DNA of 64,000 bases from an uncultured Candidatus Binatia bacterium (GTDB lineage: Bacteria; Desulfobacterota; Binatia; Bin18), in contig OZ243979.1 in NCBI GenBank assembly GCA_965214755.1, positions 1,923,251-1,987,250 of the forward strand. The letters are read 5' to 3'. Positions 9,670 to 19,700 of the stretch are shown here, piece by piece (positions within the stretch are counted from its first letter, which is position 1; every line of letters begins with the position of its first letter). The notes below the pieces were generated by a model. The model did no database searches and was not told the DNA's origin. It saw only the letters and a program-made list of their open reading frames with translations. The position numbers were made by a program, and so were the translations under genes.

Positions 9670-10614
9670 ATCTCCGTGTTTTGGGGAAGCAGCGTCTGGG
9701 CGCAAACGACCGAACGGGGCGTGATTGAGTCCCCGTCTGCCTTTGTCAGCGGGATCGGCTTTATTTCTGGCTGGAAGTGTAACTCCAACGATATTACGTT
9801 GAAGGTGCTATGTAGCCCCTATATTCACGATCTCGATCCCGCCCAGAATATGTTGCGTTCTGACACCAGAGAAGTGTGCGACGGAGAAATAGACAATGGC
9901 TGGATTATCCAGGTCAACTGGGATGACTGGGTTGGGTGTACCAGAGTTGATGCACTGGACAACGGGCAACAATTTGCTTCTCGGAAATTCGCAGTCGGAG
10001 AAATAGGGGATGGGTTCATACGAGACCAAGAGGGGACGCAGATCAAGGTGCTTGGCTTTCCGTCCCCAGATCAAGTGACACATTTTGCCTGGTCTACCGC
10101 AACGCAACATTTTGAGGGCATGTACACCGCTGACTGTGGTACCGACGAGGCGTGTCCTGGCAGTGAAGGCCAGAATACTCCTGCTCCGGACAATCCCCCC
10201 GTACCCTATCCCGAAATGCAGATCATTGACGGCGCGTATGCCGGCGATCAGGATTTGGTCCAATACAAAGGGATGTTGGCCCTTCCTCCTCCCACATACC
10301 AGGAAGCTCTGGTCAGGGGTGATAGTGTGACCTGGTACAGCTCCTTTTCCTTCTCCATGATCTTTGAGCCAGAGGCATGGATCGCAACACACGAAGTTGG
10401 AGAAGCCGAACGCCTCATATCCAAAAGAGATTTATCTGAAAGGCTTGGGGCAGTAGGGAAAATTTGCACCAGTACGCCTCTGCTGCATGAAACCGGCCAT
10501 GTATGGGTTTTCAACCTGACTGGTGTGGGCGGGGAGATCACCATCTATGACGGAGAAGAGACGGAGAAGACGACGATTTTTATGCGGAGACACGAGTCAA
10601 CAGGCCGGACCTGA
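9664..10614 (+). CDS. Secreted hypothetical protein (GTG start), SGIGFISGWKC motif; possibly continues by frameshift into 10551-11123
   Basis: 316 aa. N-terminal hydrophobic segment. Low GC. Paralogous motif shared with ORF 49045-49440. The frame-0 ORF is open from 10551 and overlaps the 3' end. Confidence 0.45.
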   Translation: MGISVFWGSSVWAQTTERGVIESPSAFVSGIGFISGWKCNSNDITLKVLCSPYIHDLDPAQNMLRSDTREVCDGEIDNGWIIQVNWDDWVGCTRVDALDNGQQFASRKFAVGEIGDGFIRDQEGTQIKVLGFPSPDQVTHFAWSTATQHFEGMYTADCGTDEACPGSEGQNTPAPDNPPVPYPEMQIIDGAYAGDQDLVQYKGMLALPPPTYQEALVRGDSVTWYSSFSFSMIFEPEAWIATHEVGEAERLISKRDLSERLGAVGKICTSTPLLHETGHVWVFNLTGVGGEITIYDGEETEKTTIFMRRHESTGRT

Positions 10615-10718
10615 CCTATGAAGGCGGGGAGAGTATTAAGTATTTTATAAACAAAGACACGGCAGCAATTGGATTTAAGATTGTACCACACAACCTAAAC
10701 CAGGCAGGGGGTGGCTGG

Positions 10719-11123
10719 TTGGATGCAATAAGAGGAAATGCACGCTGCGATGGCACCCAGGGCCGCCAGGGAGACTGGGCGGTTCGAGCTTGTGAAGAAG
10801 TGATAAAAACGAGAGATGCCTGGTTTGCAAAAGTTTTGTTCCCCAACCAAGGGCGCGGGCCGTGGAGACAGGTCTCGGGATTCCACCTCACACTCAGACC
10901 CGGGCATATTTTCCGGGATGCCCAATCCTGTGTAAGCATAGAGGGCCTGAATACTTCCACAGACATCCCCTGGCCGCATTCCTCTTTTATTACCGATCTC
11001 ACCGGCACCGGCAAACTGGAAATCGTTTTAGCTTCCAAGCCACAATACAATGCCTGGCGTGAAAGGGACGACCTCTCTCTTTTCCTCACTCCAAAATTAG
11101 AATTAGGCTCTGTTGTTGATTAA
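10719..11123 (+). CDS. Hypothetical protein, or C-terminal continuation of the 9664 gene
   Basis: 134-aa ORF. Its frame is open upstream to 10551 without an ATG, which suggests a frameshifted single gene. Confidence 0.3.
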   Translation: MDAIRGNARCDGTQGRQGDWAVRACEEVIKTRDAWFAKVLFPNQGRGPWRQVSGFHLTLRPGHIFRDAQSCVSIEGLNTSTDIPWPHSSFITDLTGTGKLEIVLASKPQYNAWRERDDLSLFLTPKLELGSVVD

Positions 11124-11163
11124 GAAGGGAGTGCGCCCAGGCCTGGGCGTCTATCCCCGCGTG

Positions 11164-11282
11164 TCATGCGACCCTCCTCCTTTTTGCGCCCTATAGTTTA
11201 TCCGGCGCATTCACTTTCGCTCCCTATCAATATCATATCGTTTCAGATTGACAGACCAGGACATCCCCTATCTAATCGCGGC
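11164..11282. repeat. 119-bp direct repeat copy B
   Basis: Matches 8646-8764. Retains the GGAGGA and ATG of the isochorismatase 5' end, followed by only a 15-codon ORF. Confidence 0.85.
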
Positions 11283-11284
11283 TG

Positions 11285-12586
11285 ATGAGAGAGCCAGGGT
11301 CCTTGGACGACCTCAAGAGCGAGGACGGGAGTGCAGACCGCGGCGAAGGCATCTTCTATGGCTGGCTGATTGTCGGCGTCCTGTTCTTTATCTCTATCAT
11401 CGACGGAGGGTTCACCTATACCTTCTCGACGTTTCTGAAGCCGCTCACCCAGGAGTTCGGCTGGTCACGGGCCGAGACCGCCACGGCGTTCTCCCTGTAC
11501 TTGCTGGTTGCCGGCCTGGTCCTGCCCGCCTGGGGCTGGCTTATTGACCATATTGGTGCCCGCTGGGTCTTTCTGCTGAGTGCCCTCATTGACGGCGTCG
11601 CCCTGCTTCTGCTCAGCACCGTCCACAGCCTGCCCGGCTTCTATGCCCTATATCTGCTTTTAGGGGTGGGACTGGCCGGCATCGGACCCATGCCCGTGGG
11701 GAAGGTCATTACCCAATGGTTTGTGGCCAAGCGGGGTCTGGCGATGGGCATCGCCCTGGTCGGGGCGAGCGGTGGCGGGCTGGTCCTCGTCCCGCTGTGC
11801 GGTTTTCTGATCGCCGAGTTTAGCTGGCGGGTGGGCTATCAGGTCTTGGCCGGCCTGTCCCTCTTCGGCATGCTGCCCCTGGTCTGGTTCTTTGTCGTTA
11901 ACAGCCCACAGGAAAAGGGCCTCAAACCCTTGGGACAGGATTATTCGACAGTACGTCCCACGCGGCTGGAACCCGAGCCGGAGCAGGACGTGCAGGACTG
12001 GACCCTCAGACAGGCACTGTCCACATCAACATTCTGGCGCCTAGGGGTCGCATTCTGTCTGGGGCTGATGGCCGGGGGAGCAGTGCATGCCCACCAGGTC
12101 GCGTTTTTTCAGGATGCCGGGTATAGCCTCGAGTCTGCTTCAACGATTACCGGCATCTCTCTGGGCATGAGTATGGCCGGGCGGTTTCTGGCAGGTTGGG
12201 TCAGCGAACACATCCGCTACCCCCACGCCATCCTGGCTGGGTGTCTGTGCATGCAGGCGATCGGCATTGGAGCGTTACTCTTTCTGGAGAGTCTCGGGTT
12301 TTGGGCGATCACGCTGTTCGTGTCGCTCTTTGGACTCGGCTATGGCGGCATGATTGTGCTGTGGCCCCTGATCGTCGGGCATAATTTTGGTCGGCGGGCT
12401 TTTGGGGCCATTGCCGGTGTACTGGGGACGTTGGGACTGAGCATTGGCGGCGCACTGGGACCCATTATTGCCGGCGTGTTATACGATAACACCGGCAGCT
12501 ATGACTGGGCGTTTCTGTCTTGCGTCGGCGCATTTTTGGTGGGCGCGGGGGCCGCAGTCGTAGCGCCAGAGCCACAGGCTACGTAG
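11285..12586 (+). CDS. MFS transporter (oxalate/formate antiporter-like OFA family)
   Basis: 433 aa, 12 predicted TM helices. MFS signature arrangement. Confidence 0.8.
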   Translation: MREPGSLDDLKSEDGSADRGEGIFYGWLIVGVLFFISIIDGGFTYTFSTFLKPLTQEFGWSRAETATAFSLYLLVAGLVLPAWGWLIDHIGARWVFLLSALIDGVALLLLSTVHSLPGFYALYLLLGVGLAGIGPMPVGKVITQWFVAKRGLAMGIALVGASGGGLVLVPLCGFLIAEFSWRVGYQVLAGLSLFGMLPLVWFFVVNSPQEKGLKPLGQDYSTVRPTRLEPEPEQDVQDWTLRQALSTSTFWRLGVAFCLGLMAGGAVHAHQVAFFQDAGYSLESASTITGISLGMSMAGRFLAGWVSEHIRYPHAILAGCLCMQAIGIGALLFLESLGFWAITLFVSLFGLGYGGMIVLWPLIVGHNFGRRAFGAIAGVLGTLGLSIGGALGPIIAGVLYDNTGSYDWAFLSCVGAFLVGAGAAVVAPEPQAT

Positions 12587-12698
12587 AGCAATTTGCAGCG
12601 ACGTTTGTGGAGAAGTCCAACCAAGAGAACCCCTCACCCTAGCCCTTGTATGTTGACGTAGTAGGGGGAAGGGCAGGGGCAAAAATCAGGACCGACGG

Positions 12699-13136
12699 TT
12701 AGGTTGTAACACCAAGATACACATACAAGATTGACGCGGCAAAGCTTGAAACGCTACGGACAGCATGAAGTCTGCCCCACTTCTCAAGCAGCACTTGAGT
12801 TTCTTCTGAGGTGCGGTCGCGCTCCGGGTCAAGCAGTTGCTTGTTCGTCGGCATGATGCCTAAGAAAGTGAACGGCACGACGATGAAGATGAGGCACGCT
12901 CCCACGAACCATAGCCCCGCCCCCCCGTTTATCGCTACCGCAACGCCTGCCAGTGTTGCGAGAAGCGCGAGAGAAGCTTGCATAACTGCGGCGCGCTTGT
13001 AGCTCGGCCCAAAAACAGTGGCGGCGAGTTCGGTTCCACATGCGAGGCGGGCCGGATGCTCCGCCACAGTCACGTAAATCGCAGCACCAGCGAAAATCGA
13101 GCACGCAAGGATGGCGATCATTTCTAGAATTTCCAT
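12699..13136 (-). CDS. DUF1772 (anthrone oxygenase-like) membrane protein
   Basis: 145 aa, four hydrophobic helices. Resembles the DUF1772 family. Confidence 0.55.
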   Translation of the reverse strand: MEILEMIAILACSIFAGAAIYVTVAEHPARLACGTELAATVFGPSYKRAAVMQASLALLATLAGVAVAINGGAGLWFVGACLIFIVVPFTFLGIMPTNKQLLDPERDRTSEETQVLLEKWGRLHAVRSVSSFAASILYVYLGVTT

Positions 13137-13174
13137 ACTCGCCTCACAAAACGGCCTCCCAGTCCTGTCAGGTT

Positions 13175-14884
13175 TTAACCAGTGGCCCGGGGCCCCCGCA
13201 GCAACCGACCGGGCAACGCGCCCGTGTATTCGTTGTGACGCAAGACCGTCTCGCCGTTCACGACTGTGGCGAGGAAGCCCTTCGCCTGTTGCTTGAGTCG
13301 CCGCGCGCCAGCCGGCAGATCGTAGACGACTTCCGGTAACTGCGGTGCGACGGTCTGGGGATCAAAGATCACGACATCGGCGTTCCACCCCTCACGCAAC
13401 AATCCGCGCCCTCTTAGACCCCAGTGAGAGGCAGGAACGAAGCTCAACTGGCGCACGGCCTCTTCCAACGTCAACGCCTGCCTCTCCCGAACCCAATGAC
13501 TGAGGACATGGGTTTGGAGCGATGAGTCCATGATCTGTGAGACATGCGCACCGGAGTCTGAAAAAGTGATGACCGAGCGCGGGTGCCGCATCATTGCCAG
13601 CACATGCTCTTGATTGTGGTTGACGAGCGGTTGAAGGAAGAATTGTTTCAAGCCTTTCTCTAAGGCCAGATCAATAAACACTTCGACCGGGTCTTGATTG
13701 CGCTCATCAGCAATCTCGGCGATTGAACGATACGGTGGAGTGGCAGAGTCCATGACAAACAGCCACTTAAAATTCGCCGCACGCGGCTCTGCACCAATTC
13801 CCTTGTTCTGACTGCGCGGCCTTTGGTGGACGGCTTCAACCAGCTGCTGACGGGTTTCCGGATTACGCAACGCCGCTTCTTGGGCGGCTAATGGCCGTTT
13901 TCTGATATCCTCCCATACGGGCAATGTATCGAACGGCGTGGCGGTCTCGAATGACAGCACAACGTTCAGCGGACGACTATGCACCTGGATGAACATCCGC
14001 CCGCCGGCCTCGGCGGTTTCATCGGCCAGGGCAAAGAACGGCTGCCACATGTTTGGCGCCTGGCGGCTGCTGAACATGCCAAACGTGACCGGCACGCCGG
14101 TGTCAACGGCGAGCGCTTTGAGTCGGCCAAGATACTCATCGATCCGTTCAGGGTCGAACCGGGCATCTTCGTTGGCAATTTCAAACACACCGGCATTCAA
14201 CTCGCCCATAACGCCAACTAATTGGCGCACTTCCTCCCAGGTCGCCAGGCGGCTGGCGACCGGTTGACCGTCCGGCGTCTGGTGGTTGTGGGTCCGTGAG
14301 GTGCTCAGTCCAATAGCGCCCGCCTGAATAGCGGCACGCACTTCGCGCTGCATGGCTTCCAGGTCCGCCGGGCTCGCTTCTTGCGCAAAGGCGCGCTCCC
14401 CCATGACATGGGTCCGCAGCGCGGAGTGCCCAATATAGGCGGCATAGTTGATACCCTTCGGAAGCGCATCAACAGCATCCAGGTATTCCGGGTAGGTTGT
14501 CCAACTCCACGGAATACCCGCTTCCATTGCTTCCGGGGCAATATCTTCTGCCCGTTCAAGATTGCGCATCACCAGCAGTTTGTCCTTCTCTGCACACGGG
14601 GCGAGCGAAAAACCGCAATTCCCCATCACCACACTGGTGACGCCATGCCAGCAGGAACACGTCCCCAGAGGGTCCCAGAACACCTGGGCGTCCATATGGG
14701 TATGCGCATCGACAAAGCCCGGGGCGACTACATGACCCTCGGCATCAATCACCTCTTGAGCACTTTCGCGGATTCTGCCGATGGTCACGATTTTTCCGTG
14801 GCTGATACCGACGTCAGCCTGAAAGCGCGGCAGTCCTGAACCATCAATAACCGTACCGTTTTTCAGAATCAGATCGTATTGCAT
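13175..14884 (-). CDS. N-acyl-D-amino-acid deacylase (D-aminoacylase) family amidohydrolase
   Basis: MQYDLILKNGTVIDGSG...PGFVDAHTH. Start taken at MQY. Confidence 0.85.
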   Translation of the reverse strand: MQYDLILKNGTVIDGSGLPRFQADVGISHGKIVTIGRIRESAQEVIDAEGHVVAPGFVDAHTHMDAQVFWDPLGTCSCWHGVTSVVMGNCGFSLAPCAEKDKLLVMRNLERAEDIAPEAMEAGIPWSWTTYPEYLDAVDALPKGINYAAYIGHSALRTHVMGERAFAQEASPADLEAMQREVRAAIQAGAIGLSTSRTHNHQTPDGQPVASRLATWEEVRQLVGVMGELNAGVFEIANEDARFDPERIDEYLGRLKALAVDTGVPVTFGMFSSRQAPNMWQPFFALADETAEAGGRMFIQVHSRPLNVVLSFETATPFDTLPVWEDIRKRPLAAQEAALRNPETRQQLVEAVHQRPRSQNKGIGAEPRAANFKWLFVMDSATPPYRSIAEIADERNQDPVEVFIDLALEKGLKQFFLQPLVNHNQEHVLAMMRHPRSVITFSDSGAHVSQIMDSSLQTHVLSHWVRERQALTLEEAVRQLSFVPASHWGLRGRGLLREGWNADVVIFDPQTVAPQLPEVVYDLPAGARRLKQQAKGFLATVVNGETVLRHNEYTGALPGRLLRGPRATG

Positions 14885-14990
14885 GCACCCTCTATAAACG
14901 ATGCGGAAGAGCGAAAGCAAGGCATAGTAACCTGGTCGAATCTGACGTAAAGTATGAGCAGCAAAAAGCAACCAGAAGGAGGGGAATCCC

Positions 14991-16103
14991 ATGTCAGAGT
15001 ATCAGCTTATTTCAGCAGACTCCCATTTCGTTGAGCCGCCCGATATGTGGGCCGAGCGGATGGATAAAAAGTTTCGCGACCGTGCTCCTCGCACCGTCAA
15101 GGGGCTGAACGGGCGCGCCGGCGAGTGGTTTGTGTGTGAGAACATCACCCCCATGTCCGTCGCCGGTTTCTTTGGTGCTGGTGTGCCGTCGCCGGAGCTG
15201 CCCGAGCACAACAAAAAGGGCTTTGATGAAGCGCCCAAGAGCGTCTGGGACCCCGCCTATCGGATCGCGGACCAGGATCGTGACGGCGTCCGGGCAGAGG
15301 TCATTTATACCTCTATGGGGATGCCGCTGTTCGGCTTGGACGACGCGGAATTGCGCTATTCCTGCTTTCGCGCCTTTAACGACTGGGCCACCGAGTATTG
15401 CAGTTACGACCCGAAACGCCTCGTCCCGTTGGGTCTGATCACCCTGGAAGACATTCCGTTGGCCGTGGACGAACTGCAACGCATTGCCAAACAGGGCATG
15501 CGGGGCGCCATGATTTGGGCTGAACCGCCTGACGACCGGCCCTATAGTCATCCCGACTATGAGCCGTTTTGGGCCGCCGCCCAGGACCTGAATATGCCGC
15601 TGTCACTCCACATTCTCACCGCCCGGAGTGGGACGGGGGCAAACCAGGCGAGCGGTAAGGGTTTCCTGCTTTCTCTGGCGACCCTCCATCACCAGATCGA
15701 GCGCTCGATTTCCGAGATGGTCTATGGCGGCGTGCTTGAGAAGTTTCCCGGCCTGAAAATTGTCTCCGCGGAAAACGATGTCGGCTGGATGGCCTACCTC
15801 ATGTACCGGCTCGACATTGTGCAGCGTCGCTTGGGCGCACTCGGCAATATGGACCTGCCCATGCGCGCCAGCGACTATGTCAAGCGTCAGGTGTACGCGA
15901 CCTTTATCGCCGACCCGGTGTTCGTGGACTCGCTCCATCGCTACGGCCCGGACAACACCATGTGGTCGTCCGACTATCCACATACCGCGGCAACCTTTCC
16001 GCGCTCGCGGGAGATCGTCAACAAGCGTTTGGGCATGCTACCCGACGAGGAGATGCGGAAGATCGTCCATGATACTGCCGCGCGCGTGTACGGTCTGGCG
16101 TAA
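14991..16103 (+). CDS. Amidohydrolase-2 family protein (ACMSD-like metal-dependent hydrolase)
   Basis: 370 aa. SADSHFVEP ... pattern of PF04909 proteins. Confidence 0.75.
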   Translation: MSEYQLISADSHFVEPPDMWAERMDKKFRDRAPRTVKGLNGRAGEWFVCENITPMSVAGFFGAGVPSPELPEHNKKGFDEAPKSVWDPAYRIADQDRDGVRAEVIYTSMGMPLFGLDDAELRYSCFRAFNDWATEYCSYDPKRLVPLGLITLEDIPLAVDELQRIAKQGMRGAMIWAEPPDDRPYSHPDYEPFWAAAQDLNMPLSLHILTARSGTGANQASGKGFLLSLATLHHQIERSISEMVYGGVLEKFPGLKIVSAENDVGWMAYLMYRLDIVQRRLGALGNMDLPMRASDYVKRQVYATFIADPVFVDSLHRYGPDNTMWSSDYPHTAATFPRSREIVNKRLGMLPDEEMRKIVHDTAARVYGLA

Positions 16104-16183
16104 AGCAGAGCCGCTGTTGATACCTGCCATAGATAGACAAGGCCAAGGGCACGCTCTTGGCCTTGCTGTAGAAAGAGGATGCC

Positions 16184-16791
16184 ATGAAACTCTCACAGCC
16201 CCGCATCACCCCACTTGCAGCTGAAGAATGGACGGACGAACAACGCGCTTCACTTGAGGTCCGCTCCCGTGCCGGACACGTCTATAACGTCGTTGGCACG
16301 CTGGCTCGGCATTGGGAGGCCTCGAAAAAATTCCAGGTCTGGGCCTTCCACATCATGGGCGAGACCTCGACTCTGGTTCCCAGAGAACACGAGTTATTGA
16401 TATTGCGTATCGGTTGGCTGTGTCAGGCCGAATACGAGTGGGGCCAGTGTGATTTTCGGTAGAGAAGCCGGGCTGATCGGTTGGCTGTGTCAGGCCGAAT
16501 ACGAGTGGGGCCAGTGTGATTTTCGGTAGAGAAGCCGGGCTGACGGATGAAGAAATCGCACGGATTAAAGAGGGCCCGGACACGGACGGCTGGGACCCGT
16601 TTGACGCCACCCTGCTGCGCGCCGCAGATGAACTGCACGCAGACGCATTTATCAGCGACGAAACCTGGACGGCTCTGAGCGAGCGCTATACGACCCAGCA
16701 ACTCATGGACGTGGTCTTCACCGTCGGCCAGTACAATATGGTGTCCATGGCGCTCAATTCCTTTGGCGTCCAACTCGACATGGCCCAGTAG
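16184..16791 (+). pseudogene. Carboxymuconolactone decarboxylase (CMD/AhpD-like) family gene split by a 67-bp tandem duplication
   Basis: ORFs 16184-16462 and 16516-16791 are the N and C halves of a CMD-family protein (...RIGWLCQAEYEWGQC / VIFGREAGLTDEEIARIKEGPD...). A perfect 67-bp duplicate lies between them. Confidence 0.7.
16409..16542 (+). repeat. Perfect 67-bp tandem duplication (2 copies)
   Basis: 16409-16475 is identical to 16476-16542. 67 mod 3 = 1, so the duplication frameshifts the CMD gene. Confidence 0.95.
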
Positions 16792-16795
16792 AGTA

Positions 16796-19700
16796 ATGAA
16801 CACCCATAGTTTTCTTGCTCTAGACCTCGAAGTCGGACGGCACGACAATCGCATCCATGCCTTTGCTGCGGTACACTCACGTAGCGGTAAATCCCTGAGG
16901 TTTCGTAGCGGCGACTTGGCTGCGGCCCTGGAAAACCTGGACGCATTCGCCAAGGGCGCGGATTACTTGCTGGGCCATAATCTGATTGCGTTCGACCTGC
17001 CTCATCTGAGCGCGGTAAAACCCGACCTTCGGCTCCTGCGCTTGCCTGTAGTGGATACTTTACGGCTCAATCCCCTAGCCTTCCCCCGTCACCCCTATCA
17101 TCATCTAGTCAAGCATTATCAGGACGGACAACTCAAACGCGGACGCGTCAACGACCCGGAACTGGACGCCCGACTCTCCCTGGATGTTTTCAGCGATCAG
17201 CAAAAAGCGCTGAAGGAGACGGACCCCGACTTGCTGACCGCCTGGCATTGGCTCACCAGCGCGGACGACGCTGGGGCCGGCTTTGACGCTTTTTTCGCAG
17301 CCCTGCGAGGGACGGCCCGACCGTCCCACATCGATGCGTATGGGACGATCCGCGCCCGGCTCGCGGACACGACCTGTCTCACCCGGAGCCAGGCGGTGCT
17401 GCAAGAAGTCTTAGCGGATACAGCCGGCAACGGCTGGGGACTGGCCTATGCGCTAGCCTGGTTGTCGGTGGCCGGCGGGACCTCAGTCATGCCGCCCTGG
17501 GTGCGGCATCAGTTCCCCGAAGCCGGGGTGCTGGTGCGCCGGTTGCGCGATACGGCCTGCACCAGTCCCGCCTGCGAGTGGTGTCGGGACCGGCACGACG
17601 CTCGCAAGGAGCTGACACGCTGGTTCGGGTTTGCAGACTTTCGTCCGGAGCCCAGCGACAAGGACGGTCGGCCTCTGCAACAGGCCATTGTCGAGGCGAT
17701 CATGGCCGGACAACACGTACTGGGCATTTTACCGACCGGCACCGGCAAGTCACTGTGCTACCAGATTCCGGCCTTGTCCCGGTACGACAAGACTGGTGCG
17801 CTGACCGTAGTCATTTCGCCGCTGGTGGCGCTCATGGCCGACCAAGTCACCGGCTTGGAATCTCACGGCGTCGTATCCGGCGTGACCATCAACGGCATGT
17901 TGTCCATGCCCGAGCGCTCGGCAGCCCTGGACCGGGTACGCCTGGGCGATGCCAGTATCCTCATTGTCTCACCCGAGCAACTGCGCAGCCGTGCCGTGCG
18001 GCGGGTCTTGGACCAGCGCGAAATCGGCACCTGGGTGCTGGACGAGGCGCATTGTCTGTCTCGCTGGGGCCACGACTTCCGGCCCGACTACCGATACGTG
18101 GCCCGTTTTATCCGTGAGAAGACACCCGCCGGACAAATAGTCTGCCTGACGGCAACGGCCAAACCCGATGTGCGAGAAGACATCCACGCCCACTTCCGTG
18201 ACAAGCTCGGCATTGACATGACCGTCTTTGACGGTGGTGCCCGACGCACCAACCTGGAATTCGTGGTTGTGCCGACGACGGGCGGCGAGAAATTCGCTCA
18301 TATCCACCAAATCCTGAGCGCGGACCTGCCGTTGGACACCCCCGGCGGTGCTATCGTCTACTGTGCGACACGCTCCCAAACCAAGAATATCGCTCAGTAT
18401 TTATGCGCCAAGAATATCAACGCCGCCCACTTCCACGCCGACCTGTCACCGGAGACCAAGAAGAACGTGCAGCAGCGGTTCATCTGTGGCGACCTCCGGG
18501 TGATCGTTGCCACCAATGCCTTCGGCATGGGTATCGACAAACCGGACGTGCGGCTGGTCATTCACGCCGATATCCCCGGTTCGCTGGAGAACTATGTGCA
18601 GGAAGCGGGCCGGGCGGGCCGCGATCAAGAAAAGGCGCGTTGCGTGCTGCTCTATACGGAGGCCGATGTCGAGCGTCAGTTCGGTATGTCGGCTCGCTCA
18701 CGGCTGACCCGGCAAGAAATCCACGCCATCCTCAAGGCGCTGCGCAACCTGGATCGCAAGAAGCGCCTGAACGGTCAAATCGTCGCCACCGCACGGGAAA
18801 TTCTCGGTGAGGACGAGGATGCTGAGTTTGAACACGACTCCGCGACCGACGATACTCGCGTGCGGACCGCCATCTCCTGGCTGGAGGAGGCCGAATTATT
18901 GACCCGTGAGGAGGACCGCGTACAGGTCTTCCCATCCTCTCTTCGAGTCGGCTCAATGGAGGAGGCCCGAGCCAAACTGGCTAAGACTACCGTTACAACC
19001 GACTATCGCAAGCGGTTATTAGCCATTACCGCGAGTGTGATTGATGCCGATCCTGACGAGGGTATCTCTACCGACGAGTTGATGACAGTCTCCGGGCTGC
19101 CCGCAGAACAGGTACGCCACGCCCTGCACGACCTGGAGCGACTGGGGATCGCCAACAACGACACCGCGCTGACCGCCTTTGTCCATTCCGGGGTCCAGCA
19201 TGCGTCAACAAAACGCTTTGACGAAGCCGCGGATCTGGAGCGCGCCCTCATCGCCGCCCTGCAAGAAGCAGACCCGGACATGGGGAAGGACGACACCTCA
19301 ACGCTGCACGTGCGCCTCACCACCCAACGGCTCAAAGACGCCGGCCATACCTCCGCCCTGCCGGAACGTGTGGTACGTATTCTACACAGTCTTGCCCTGG
19401 ACGGACGCGGCGAAGAGGGTGGCAAGGGGAGCCTTGGCTTACGCGAAGTGGGCCGGGAGACCGTGCAGATCACACTTCAGCGGGAGTGGGCCGCGCTGAG
19501 AGAGACTGCGGAGCGGCGCCGGGCCGCGGCGCGGGTCTTGTTGGACCACCTGCTCGACAGCCTGCCGTCAGGAAGTCGGGGCACGGACCTGTTAGTCGAA
19601 ACAACGCTTGGCAAGCTGCTAAACGCGATCCGGTCCGACCCGGAACTGAAGACCACAGTCAGAAATCCCGAACGGCTACTGGACCGTGCCCTGCTGTGGC

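Noticed and set aside
16409-16542. Possible CRISPR or minisatellite
   Set aside because: Only two identical 67-bp units with no spacers. It is a tandem duplication inside a CDS.
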